From IMG/VR virus record IMGVR_UViG_3300043427_003273, positions 1 to 64,000 of that record: a stretch of DNA of 64,000 nt, one strand, 5' to 3'. A model generated the notes under the pieces. The model made no database searches. It worked only from the letters and a program-made list of their open reading frames with translations, and was not told where the DNA came from. The translations under genes were made by a program, and so were the position numbers. Below, in pieces: positions 24,346-33,062 of the stretch (position 1 is the first letter of the stretch; each line of letters begins with the position of its first letter). Origin of the DNA: a virus.

Positions 24346-26849
24346 ACAAAAAAATCCTCCAATGAAGCTGTTTTTTCATGTTCCCATCCAATAGCATTGA
24401 GAATAATTTTAAGAGGTTCAAGAAATCCTTTTTCAAATTGAAGATCATAATCTATAAATTTATTTAATCCCAATTCTTTAGGAAAATCTTGAATGAAAGA
24501 AATCACATTTTCATAAATTGGATTTGGCAATTTAAGATAACAATACTTAATCTTTTCTCCGTTTTGGATAGTAGAATATTTATTTGTCAAATTATTTTGT
24601 TTAATGTGGTGATTAAAAAGAAGTGCTCCTCTCACATGAATTGGACATCCCTTTCCAGTATTTTTTAAATAAATTGTAGAAGATGATCTCCATTTAACAA
24701 CATCAGTTACAGATTTGGGGAAAGAAATTTCTTCTGGAGAATAATTTTTAAACTCCTTTCTTGATTTTTCAATAAAATCAATAACGTCATCTTCAGTGCC
24801 ACTCATCAAAATTTTAAAAGACTCCTTTAACATTTTTCTACAAGGAGCAGGAGTTGATGATTTGATTGCTTCAATTCCTTTAATTTTAAGTTTCGGTTCT
24901 TTATATTGAACACCTTCACTATTCCAAACACTCAAAATATATCTTTTTTTAGCAGTCCAAATTCCACGTTCAGCAATACATTCACGTTTCATGATCATTT
25001 TCTGATCATAAGCATTCACATAGTTAGCCAATTCTTGGTAAGAACTTTCAATATACTTTTCAAGTTCCACTTGACAGATCTTATCAAGGAACGAAACAAC
25101 GCTTTGAGTAGTTTTCTCTCTTCCCTTGAATATAGTTTCAACCAAACTACCCATGTTAACATAAAGAGAATCGGTATCAGAAGCAATAACATAATCCACC
25201 TCATTTGTTTTAAGAACCTTATTCAGATAAGAATTCATCTTATTCATAATCCACTGAATAGAGACTTGTCCAGACAGTGTAATTGCTTCAGCATTTGCCA
25301 GTTTAAAATAACGAAAATACTGATTACCGATGGCACCATAAGCGGAGTTAAGTTGAATCTTACGTGCCATCTGAATATTATTGCATCGAGCAACTTCTTT
25401 CAGTAACTCTTTCTTTTTTGTTTTTTCATACTCTTGCTCTGCAATAAGCATCTTCTTTTTGAAGATTACACGTTCATTATAGATCTTCTCCATGAGTTCA
25501 GGAAGAAATCCACGAACATCTTTGCGATACATTGCCCCGTTTGGACAAACAGAATAATCTTTATAGTTTTCAAAATCAATCTGTTGATTTAAGATCTTTT
25601 CAACATTTGCAGTTGGATGTCTTTCTTCCAAGAGGGTTTCTGGGGAAATGTTATATTGCATGATGAGGTGAGGATAAAGACTATTAAGGTCAAAACTGAC
25701 CACCCAATCATACACCCCAGGAATCGGTTCTTTAACATAAGCACCCGCATACTTTTCATCCTTAGAAACATTTTCCTTTGGAGGAATCACAATGTTTCGT
25801 TTCTTCAAGTAATTGTAAATAATGCTGTCCCACATACGAACTTGATAAAAGACATCGACAAAGTTTACTTTTGCGTCAAATGCCATCGTTACAGCAAGTT
25901 CAATGAGTTTCATCTTGTCTTCCAAACGGTCAACAAGTTCTACGTCCTTGATGTTGTATTCTACAAACTTTTGCCACCCTTGAGTATAAAATTCTTTGAA
26001 AGTATCAAACTCAGAGTGATCGAGTTTTTTCTGACCAAGTTCTACTTCAGCAATGTAATCAAGACGGTAAGATTCCTGTGCGGAATAAGTGAACTTTTTA
26101 TAGAGAGCAAGATAGTCTAATTGAGTCAAACCACCAACGTCATAAGTAATCTGTTCCCTATTATTGACAAATACTTTATTTTCACTTACAAGACCCCAAG
26201 GTGAAAAACTTTTCATTCGTTTCTCACCAAGGACTCTTGCAAGTCGTCCACAAATATATGGAATATCGTAAAACTCAATATTCCATCCAGTGACTACTTC
26301 TGGAATATTATTTTCCCAGTAATAAAGAAATTTGACCAGAAGATCATGCTCACTATCGCATCGAATATATTTTACATTATCCTGTTTATTATTAAATGGA
26401 CCATTCCCCCAAGTAATAATTTCCTTAGTAGTATAATCCTGAATTGTAATCAAAAGAATTTCTTCGATACAATCTTTGGGATCTGGAAATCCATTCTCTG
26501 AAGCAACTTCAATATCAATGGTATAAAGTTTAATTTTACTAATATCAAACTTAATTTCATCCTCTGGATACTTGTCAGAAATGTACTGATAGATATATCT
26601 ATCATTTCCATAGATTTTAAAATTATCTACATCGGCATATTTTTTATAAAATTCTCTGCAGTCTTTTACAGATCCAGGTTTAATTTCTTGAACATACTCA
26701 CCTTCAAGAGTTTTATACTTTGTTTTTTTATTTGATTTTATAAAAAGGGTTGGAGAATACTCCTCCTTAAACATTACTTGTTTTCCATTTTCATAACCAC
26801 GAACGAGAAATTGATTCCCGATCATTTGCACATTGGTATAAAATCTCAT
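24342..26849 (-). CDS. gp43: family B DNA polymerase (T4 gp43)
   Basis: DIE exonuclease motif, SFDLNSLYP, KIQLNSAYG, SDTDS, KKRY. Confidence 0.98.
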   Translation of the reverse strand: MRFYTNVQMIGNQFLVRGYENGKQVMFKEEYSPTLFIKSNKKTKYKTLEGEYVQEIKPGSVKDCREFYKKYADVDNFKIYGNDRYIYQYISDKYPEDEIKFDISKIKLYTIDIEVASENGFPDPKDCIEEILLITIQDYTTKEIITWGNGPFNNKQDNVKYIRCDSEHDLLVKFLYYWENNIPEVVTGWNIEFYDIPYICGRLARVLGEKRMKSFSPWGLVSENKVFVNNREQITYDVGGLTQLDYLALYKKFTYSAQESYRLDYIAEVELGQKKLDHSEFDTFKEFYTQGWQKFVEYNIKDVELVDRLEDKMKLIELAVTMAFDAKVNFVDVFYQVRMWDSIIYNYLKKRNIVIPPKENVSKDEKYAGAYVKEPIPGVYDWVVSFDLNSLYPHLIMQYNISPETLLEERHPTANVEKILNQQIDFENYKDYSVCPNGAMYRKDVRGFLPELMEKIYNERVIFKKKMLIAEQEYEKTKKKELLKEVARCNNIQMARKIQLNSAYGAIGNQYFRYFKLANAEAITLSGQVSIQWIMNKMNSYLNKVLKTNEVDYVIASDTDSLYVNMGSLVETIFKGREKTTQSVVSFLDKICQVELEKYIESSYQELANYVNAYDQKMIMKRECIAERGIWTAKKRYILSVWNSEGVQYKEPKLKIKGIEAIKSSTPAPCRKMLKESFKILMSGTEDDVIDFIEKSRKEFKNYSPEEISFPKSVTDVVKWRSSSTIYLKNTGKGCPIHVRGALLFNHHIKQNNLTNKYSTIQNGEKIKYCYLKLPNPIYENVISFIQDFPKELGLNKFIDYDLQFEKGFLEPLKIILNAIGWEHEKTASLEDFFV

Positions 26850-27133
26850 TTAGTAAGTTCTTCGTATTTTTCCAGTAATGTTGCTCTTGGTTTAAAAAGA
26901 GTTAAGATTTTATCGGAATGAATGTCAAAATATGATGTTCCTGGAGAAACATAATCCTTCATCCATAGAGAAATTTCCATACTTTCTTGATCCACAAAAT
27001 ATGGATTTGTTAGTCTACAATCTGGTTCTCCAAGTTCGGATGCTTTTTGTTCTATTTCAGATATTAGAAGTTGATTATTCACCAACAATATCATCGTTAT
27101 TGTCTTCGATTCCTGTTGCTGTTCCTGTTCCAT
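26846..27133 (-). CDS. Sm-like domain protein (putative)
   Basis: LLISEIE...GEPDCRLTNPY...WM...ILTL.KP...L.EKY. Confidence 0.6.
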   Translation of the reverse strand: MEQEQQQESKTITMILLVNNQLLISEIEQKASELGEPDCRLTNPYFVDQESMEISLWMKDYVSPGTSYFDIHSDKILTLFKPRATLLEKYEELTK

Positions 27134-27437
27134 TTTTCAATACCTGAGTTTCATACATTTCTTTGAGATCATCCGTAGGTTCCACTAAAGTAACGACCCA
27201 ATCTTTATAAATTTCTACAGTCGTGTCTTTAGTAAGAGCTGGCCAAGGATAAAGAGAAACACTCATTTGATTCTCTTTTGATTCTTCATCTGGATTAGTA
27301 ACACGAAATTCGCCATTGATAACCACCTGGCATGGTTTAATTAACTGATATTTAATCAGTTCTTCTCCAGAAAACATTCCCATCATTTCGGAAATTATTT
27401 GTTCTCCAGATTTGAGTAACGCAATTTTAACTGTCAT
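27075..27437 (-). CDS. Sm-like domain protein (putative)
   Basis: VKIALLKSGEQII...PWP...VVTLVEP...LKEMY. Confidence 0.65.
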   Translation of the reverse strand: MTVKIALLKSGEQIISEMMGMFSGEELIKYQLIKPCQVVINGEFRVTNPDEESKENQMSVSLYPWPALTKDTTVEIYKDWVVTLVEPTDDLKEMYETQVLKNGTGTATGIEDNNDDIVGE

Positions 27438-27462
27438 GATTTTTTTCTATGTCTCCATTCTT

Positions 27463-27491
27463 ATTTTACCAAGAAAAAAGAGGGGTGTCAA
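27463..27491 (-). promoter_or_regulatory. sigma70-type promoter overlapping a terminator
   Basis: TTGACA-N17-TAAAAT. Confidence 0.75.
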
Positions 27492-27515
27492 CTGGATTTT
27501 GCCAGTCTCCCCTCT
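27474..27515 (-). terminator. intrinsic terminator after hsp20
   Basis: AGAGGGG..ACTGG-CAAAAT-CCAGT..CCCCTCT-TTTTT. Confidence 0.7.
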
Positions 27516-27555
27516 GCGGCGCCGACAACGTTTGTCGGGGGTAGCCCAATATTAT

Positions 27556-27993
27556 TTATAGATAATCTTTTCGTTTATGAGATTCTGGGACAATTTTACC
27601 AAGAACAATACTCAATAATCCATCCTCAAATTCAACTGATCTAACTTCCGTGTCATCTGCGAGAGTCCAAGATCTGGTGAAAGATCGTTGCGCCAATCCT
27701 TTGTGTACGTAGGTGGACTCCGTTTCCTTGTCTTCTTTTTGCCCTTCCACAAAGAGCTTTCCGTCTTGCGTGTAAACATAGACTTCTTTCTTTTTAAATC
27801 CTGCGAGTGCGATTTCCAAACGTGATTCGACATTGCTTACTGTAACTAAGTTATATGGGGGATAATTTGAAGTTGTTTCATGAAGATTCCAGAATCTATC
27901 AAAAAAATAATCATCAAAACCAATACCATATCGATTAATCCTATCCATAAGAGTAGGAAAATCGGACACAGTGTATCGTGCGAGATTAGTCAT
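27556..27993 (-). CDS. hsp20: small heat shock protein
   Basis: YPPYN, EIALAGF, HKGLAQRSFTR, FEDGLLSI; AAGGAG RBS before MTNL. Confidence 0.95.
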   Translation of the reverse strand: MTNLARYTVSDFPTLMDRINRYGIGFDDYFFDRFWNLHETTSNYPPYNLVTVSNVESRLEIALAGFKKKEVYVYTQDGKLFVEGQKEDKETESTYVHKGLAQRSFTRSWTLADDTEVRSVEFEDGLLSIVLGKIVPESHKRKDYL

Positions 27994-28068
27994 TATAGTA
28001 GCTCCTTTTAAAGCGAGTTTGTGTTTTGTGGACCCCGAAGGCATCCATTAATAATTTATAATAGAAAC

Positions 28069-28097
28069 AAAAAAAATGGGGGTGTTGAAACCCCCAA
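28069..28097 (-). terminator. intrinsic terminator after regA
   Basis: TGGGGG-TTTCAACA-CCCCCA-T8. Confidence 0.75.
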
Positions 28098-28101
28098 TTA
28101 T

Positions 28102-28539
28102 TCATTCGGTTACTACCCGTTTTTTAACACCAATATTGTATTTTTGCTCAAGAATCCAATCATTCTTTTCTTTATAAGCAATAACTTTGATTTGATTCAA
28201 AGGTGCAATGTCCATTACTTTATCTTCGTTTACGACTTCAATTAATCCCCAATCGGAAAGGAGTCGAATAATTCTGTTTCTGCGTTGAACATCATTCACA
28301 GTAAGATTTGCATGTTTGCCATCAAGAGCAAACAGTTCTTTAAAGTGAGTGATGTAATATCTTCCCTGCTTGTGAAGAATGTGAGCACTTTGATATAGCT
28401 TTTTTTCCTTTCTGGATGCTACACCAATTCTCGTAAGTGTTTCCCTTACTTTCAAGAAATCGTCTGGTTCCCTAAGGGTAACTTCCACCATCATATCGGG
28501 AGACCAATTTACTTGAGGTTCAATAGTTTGCGTTGTCAT
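28102..28539 (-). CDS. regA: translational repressor RegA
   Basis: PDDFLKVRETLTRIG, HILHKQG.YYI.HFKE. Confidence 0.96.
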   Translation of the reverse strand: MTTQTIEPQVNWSPDMMVEVTLREPDDFLKVRETLTRIGVASRKEKKLYQSAHILHKQGRYYITHFKELFALDGKHANLTVNDVQRRNRIIRLLSDWGLIEVVNEDKVMDIAPLNQIKVIAYKEKNDWILEQKYNIGVKKRVVTE

Positions 28540-28919
28540 TTTGTTCCACCAGTATCAAGTCGTTGTTTAATCCAATTAATTTGATCATTTCTAAGGATTT
28601 TTAGAGCCTGGGATGCCTTCTCATTACTATAACCATAGTATTGTTTAACACATTCCAAATCTTTTACACTATCCTTACGGAGCCAGGGAGAAAATCTCTT
28701 CTTTTTCCTCAAAGTATTTAGCAGAAAAGAATATTGCATATCTTTATCTAAGTCAGAATACTTATTCAATTCGTTGACAAAAAGAACGCAATCCATATGT
28801 CCAGAAAGACATCGATTAATAATGTATGGATTATATTCTTTTTTCAGAGATGGATCTTCGTCCATCAAATTCTTTTTTGAAAAATTAATTGAATTTAACC
28901 AATCTTTAAGTTCAATCAT
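28536..28919 (-). CDS. gp62: clamp loader small subunit (gp62)
   Basis: YIINRCLS, QYSFLLN, YYGYSNEKA; T4 synteny. Confidence 0.9.
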   Translation of the reverse strand: MIELKDWLNSINFSKKNLMDEDPSLKKEYNPYIINRCLSGHMDCVLFVNELNKYSDLDKDMQYSFLLNTLRKKKRFSPWLRKDSVKDLECVKQYYGYSNEKASQALKILRNDQINWIKQRLDTGGTK

Positions 28920-29805
28920 AAAGTAATTTTTCCAATGGATTTCTTTCTTCTTTCATATAATTGGTCACAAGCAATTCAGTCTTAACATTATCATCAGTTC
29001 CCTTTTCACCTCTATGAGCCATAGAATACCTCAGTTTCCATTCTTTGCATTCATAGTTTTTATAGAGATCCAAAAGTCTATCGTTAAGATTATAAGTAAT
29101 CATAAACTTATGAGGACAATCATAAACATCTTCGGCAAATTTGATGTGATCAAATCCCTTGTGCATTTCTCTATTTTTTCCGTAGAGAAAATCTTTAATA
29201 TCATATGGTGGATCTAAGAAAACAAATACATTTTCACCATCAGAGTTCATAACTTCCGAATAATCAATGTTTGTGATTTTCCAATTTTTAATCAATTCAG
29301 AAAATTTTTTTATTTTTTTAGCACCAATCATAGAAAAATTTGAATTTGCCGCAGTTACTGAGAAAGTACTGTTTTCAGTAAGTCCAGAGTAACTACACTT
29401 ATTCATAATAAAAAAAGCAACTGCTTTTTCTAAATTGTTATAACTATCAATTTCAGTTTGATACTTATTGAATAATTCTTTGGCAAATTTATCTTTTTCT
29501 TCTTGAGTTCCTTTATCAAGCATATTTTGCTTTTCTTCTTTTACTCTTTCGGAAAGATCATTTCCTCGATCACGAAGTTGAATCCAAAAGTTGTATAGAG
29601 GAACATAAAGATCGTTAATCCAAATAGGAACACCTGGATGTGCCTGTGCAGTATAGATTGCCATAGAACCACCACCAATAAATGGTTCACGGTATTCTTT
29701 AAAAAATATAGGATACCATTGAGAGAGTGTTTTTACAGCTTTTGATTTACCACCAGGATATCTTAAAGGAGTCTTTAATGGATACTGTATCGTCATATCA
29801 AACAA
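28912..29805 (-). CDS. DNA adenine methyltransferase (Dam/D12 class)
   Basis: LRYPGGKS, EPFIGGGS, FLDPPY. Confidence 0.92.
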   Translation of the reverse strand: MFDMTIQYPLKTPLRYPGGKSKAVKTLSQWYPIFFKEYREPFIGGGSMAIYTAQAHPGVPIWINDLYVPLYNFWIQLRDRGNDLSERVKEEKQNMLDKGTQEEKDKFAKELFNKYQTEIDSYNNLEKAVAFFIMNKCSYSGLTENSTFSVTAANSNFSMIGAKKIKKFSELIKNWKITNIDYSEVMNSDGENVFVFLDPPYDIKDFLYGKNREMHKGFDHIKFAEDVYDCPHKFMITYNLNDRLLDLYKNYECKEWKLRYSMAHRGEKGTDDNVKTELLVTNYMKEERNPLEKLLYD

Positions 29806-30091
29806 TCAATTTTTTATTCGGGGTCATAAGTTTACTGCCAAACATTTGATTGTATTGTTCGACAATGCCTTCATCTGGATCTGCAGTATAGATTATAAAA
29901 TTTCGTGATACCTGAATTTCTTGCTTCTCCTTGCTCAAAAGAGGAGACCAAGGTGCAAATCCGATCTTTCCCATTTCAGATGGAAAAGCAACAATAGGAT
30001 TCTTGAATTCCAGATAAGTATCTGTTTCTTCTACAATATTTGTAATTACATCTTCGCCAGTGGAAAGACGAACCAATTTTACATTTAACAT
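29798..30091 (-). CDS. Sm-like domain protein
   Basis: VKLVRLSTGEDVI...NPIV...GFAPWSP...YNQMFGS. Confidence 0.7.
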   Translation of the reverse strand: MLNVKLVRLSTGEDVITNIVEETDTYLEFKNPIVAFPSEMGKIGFAPWSPLLSKEKQEIQVSRNFIIYTADPDEGIVEQYNQMFGSKLMTPNKKLIV

Positions 30092-30100
30092 TTTAAAACC

Positions 30101-31048
30101 TCATTTGAACTCACATTCTACCATGATTTCAGTCAATGCCGCAAGAAGATTAATTTCTTGGTCAGCAACAAAAGCAGATTGATATTGATATTTTGCAATG
30201 ATCAAAATTGCTGCTGGAACTGTATTTGGAGTTAGATATTGATAGCAGGCATCATAAATCTTACGAAGAATAATTCCAGAATCATTATCAAGATTAGAAA
30301 CCACCCATTTACGAACATCATTAAACTTCTTTTCTTTAAGATTTTTAACCAGTTCATCTACAGCAATATCAGAAAACATTGCAAGGATTCCAGTGTCAAT
30401 TTTACCACTGACAGAATACCTTTGGCATTCATTCAGAATCCTTCTCCAATCTGGGAAGTGACTATTTATGACTTGGACTAAAACTCTATCATCATATTCA
30501 ATCAAGTTTTGGTCCAAGATTGTTTTCAATCGTTCCATAAACTGGACTGCAAGTTTTGCCTTTTCCTTACCTTTGATGGAAAAATCAATAACTGCACATC
30601 GACTATGAAGTGGTTCAAGAATCTTATTCTTATAGTTGCAAGTAAAGATAAACCTACAGTTATTACTAAACTGCTCGATGTTTGCCCTCAGAAGAAGTTG
30701 AACATCGTTTCCTGTATTGTCAGCCTCATCAATAATAATAACCTTATGCTTGGCATCTGATGTCATAGAAACCGTGGAAGCAAAATTCTTTGCCTGATTT
30801 CTTACGGTATCAAGAAATCTTCCTTCATCAGATCCATTGATGTAATAATAATCAACTCCCAGTTCTTCACACAATGCCTTTGCTACTGTGGTTTTACCTA
30901 CACCAGGAGGTCCAGAGAGAAGCAAGTGAGGAATTTCACCCTTCTCCACAAATTGCTTAAATGATTCTTTTGTCTTTTCAGGAAGAATACATTCATCAAT
31001 AGTTTTGGGTCGATATTGCTCAACCCAAAGAAAATCAGTTTTGTTCAT
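30101..31048 (-). CDS. gp44: clamp loader large subunit (gp44)
   Basis: WVEQYRP, GPPGVGKT, IIDEAD, SRC. Confidence 0.96.
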   Translation of the reverse strand: MNKTDFLWVEQYRPKTIDECILPEKTKESFKQFVEKGEIPHLLLSGPPGVGKTTVAKALCEELGVDYYYINGSDEGRFLDTVRNQAKNFASTVSMTSDAKHKVIIIDEADNTGNDVQLLLRANIEQFSNNCRFIFTCNYKNKILEPLHSRCAVIDFSIKGKEKAKLAVQFMERLKTILDQNLIEYDDRVLVQVINSHFPDWRRILNECQRYSVSGKIDTGILAMFSDIAVDELVKNLKEKKFNDVRKWVVSNLDNDSGIILRKIYDACYQYLTPNTVPAAILIIAKYQYQSAFVADQEINLLAALTEIMVECEFK

Positions 31049-31051
31049 AAT

Positions 31052-31564
31052 TTAGATCCATTCAGGTTTACGTTCTGGCATACGAAGATAATTAGATGCA
31101 ACCCAAGGTTTGGATGCGATATACATCTTGTAAGCAGTAAAAGTGTCAATGCTTGTGTCAAGTTTATACTCATCTGGCATAGCACGGGTAAATTCGGTTA
31201 CTTCAGTGATCTTCCCCTTAGGAAATAGATAATAAGCATCTACGAGTGTCTTGTAGCAGGAATGGGTTTTACCATAACGAAGGGAATATTCATCACAGAG
31301 ATTCATTCCATGTTTGATCAACCAGTAGGCATTATGGATACTTTCCAGTGCCCATTTAGTGCATGGGTGATTGCGAAATGCTCCTTTTTCAGTTTTGTAG
31401 GGTGTGTCATCGGACTTGTACAGTTGACCATACCCATGTCCCCATTTATCGGATGCAACGATAGAGAGCATTTGACAGCATTCCAGAGGCATCTTAACAA
31501 TATGCTTGTCAGGCAAACAGATAGCAGATTCTGCTGGCCAAGGAGAAGTCACAAAAATGTTCAT
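31052..31564 (-). CDS. pyrimidine-dimer DNA glycosylase family protein (DenV-related)
   Basis: MNIF...DKHIVKMPLE..QMLS, NHPCTKW, AMPD. Confidence 0.75.
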   Translation of the reverse strand: MNIFVTSPWPAESAICLPDKHIVKMPLECCQMLSIVASDKWGHGYGQLYKSDDTPYKTEKGAFRNHPCTKWALESIHNAYWLIKHGMNLCDEYSLRYGKTHSCYKTLVDAYYLFPKGKITEVTEFTRAMPDEYKLDTSIDTFTAYKMYIASKPWVASNYLRMPERKPEWI

Positions 31565-31779
31565 AATGAAAGTTCAATGATTTTAGAGGCATCGATGACT
31601 GAAAAGAATGCTTCCAGACCAACTACGTCCCATGCTCGTATCTTAACAGCAAATGGGATCATTGCCAAGTTCCCAATCAGTCGTGCAGTGCATCCAAATT
31701 TAACATCAACATAAAGAATAAGGAAGTATCCCACTATGAGTAGAATACTTCCCAAAATTCTAAGGACCGTAGATGTCAT
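31561..31779 (-). CDS. small multi-pass membrane protein
   Basis: Three hydrophobic segments; ATGA overlaps on both sides. Confidence 0.7.
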   Translation of the reverse strand: MTSTVLRILGSILLIVGYFLILYVDVKFGCTARLIGNLAMIPFAVKIRAWDVVGLEAFFSVIDASKIIELSL

Positions 31780-32441
31780 TCAAAAACTGAATCTGGTTCA
31801 AGGGCAACAAAATAAATTAAAGGAATATCTTTACTTTTAAATCTTGCTAGATTTTGTTTTGAAATAATAATTTCATATGACCCTGAAAGGATCTTAATAT
31901 TTTCAACCTTAAAGTTAAAGGTAAATTGAGAACTAGTTTCACCAACAATGATAGAAAAATCATTGGAAGTATCATTTTTTTTATCTCTTACTACCAGTTT
32001 AACTACTCCAGATTCACCAATTACAGACAAATCTGGAAGTTGATAAATTTTAGCAGCTTTAACAAGTTTATCAAGTTGAACCGTAGTTACCTCAAATTTA
32101 ACATCTTCACTTTTCAAAGCAAGAGATTTATCTGGAGGTGTAACGATTACGTTTTGATCGGCAAAGAAAAACTTGGACCTTGTTTTTCCCTCTTTAATTA
32201 CCACATAACCGTCATTGTCAAAATCAAGATCTGCATTTTTATGAAGATCCAATCCGTTCAAAAATTGAGGAAGATCATAGATGCCAAAATCTTTTGGAAA
32301 CTCTTCTTCAATTTCAGCCTCTGCAAAGATGTTTTTCATAACAGAAATAGTCCGAAGATTATTTCCACTTCTAAACAAAATAGACTGATTAATATTTGAA
32401 AAGTTTTTAAGAATTGTAATTGTTTTTTCAGAAAGTTTCAT
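31776..32441 (-). CDS. gp45: sliding clamp (gp45)
   Basis: MKLS.KT..ILKNFS.IN, FGIYDL.QFL, ALEPDS. Confidence 0.95.
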   Translation of the reverse strand: MKLSEKTITILKNFSNINQSILFRSGNNLRTISVMKNIFAEAEIEEEFPKDFGIYDLPQFLNGLDLHKNADLDFDNDGYVVIKEGKTRSKFFFADQNVIVTPPDKSLALKSEDVKFEVTTVQLDKLVKAAKIYQLPDLSVIGESGVVKLVVRDKKNDTSNDFSIIVGETSSQFTFNFKVENIKILSGSYEIIISKQNLARFKSKDIPLIYFVALEPDSVFE

Positions 32442-32979
32442 ACCGATCATTAACGTTTGTGTGGAATCCTGCGAAGTTGTACATAAGAATACCATAATGG
32501 ATAATCTTTAATGCGTCAAGCTTTGAAAAACCATTCTTTTTTCCAAACCTTGCTGAATATTTAATAAGATTATCTCTACAAAAAGGAACTCCATCACCAA
32601 TTGCTTCAATAATATCGAGAACCTGAACTTTAGATTCTTCCGATGTGTAATGTTGATGATAGGTACTTTTAATATATTCTTCAGCAGCCTTTAAAGTCTT
32701 ACCTTCATTAAATTTCCAAAAGTGTTCTTCTTTATTTTTTTCTTGGAAATTATATTTATTTTCAGGAATAGCAGTATTTTCTCCCTGTAAATTTTCAGAA
32801 GGATCTTGAATAATCAATTCTGGCATATTTGGATTCAAATTTGCCCACTGTGGTGGAGTTGAATAACATTCTGCACACCCAGATTCATCTGCATTAGATT
32901 GCTCCAAAAGAGCCCTAAGTTCTTCTGGAAGTTTTATGGGACTAGAAGAGTAATCCATCATTTTAGTTTTCTCACTCAT
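32428..32979 (-). CDS. DUF3310-like protein
   Basis: HY...DIIEAIG...FCRDNLIKYSARFGKK...DALKIIHY. Confidence 0.7.
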   Translation of the reverse strand: MSEKTKMMDYSSSPIKLPEELRALLEQSNADESGCAECYSTPPQWANLNPNMPELIIQDPSENLQGENTAIPENKYNFQEKNKEEHFWKFNEGKTLKAAEEYIKSTYHQHYTSEESKVQVLDIIEAIGDGVPFCRDNLIKYSARFGKKNGFSKLDALKIIHYGILMYNFAGFHTNVNDRYETF

Positions 32980-33025
32980 TTCAAAAATTTATTTAATTAA
33001 AACAAGGCTTGTTTAACCCTTTATC

Positions 33026-33054
33026 ATGATAACACATAAACAAGCCTGTGTCAA
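33026..33054 (-). promoter_or_regulatory. sigma70-type promoter of the replisome operon
   Basis: TTGACA-N17-TATCAT. Confidence 0.75.
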
Positions 33055-33062
33055 AAGGACCT

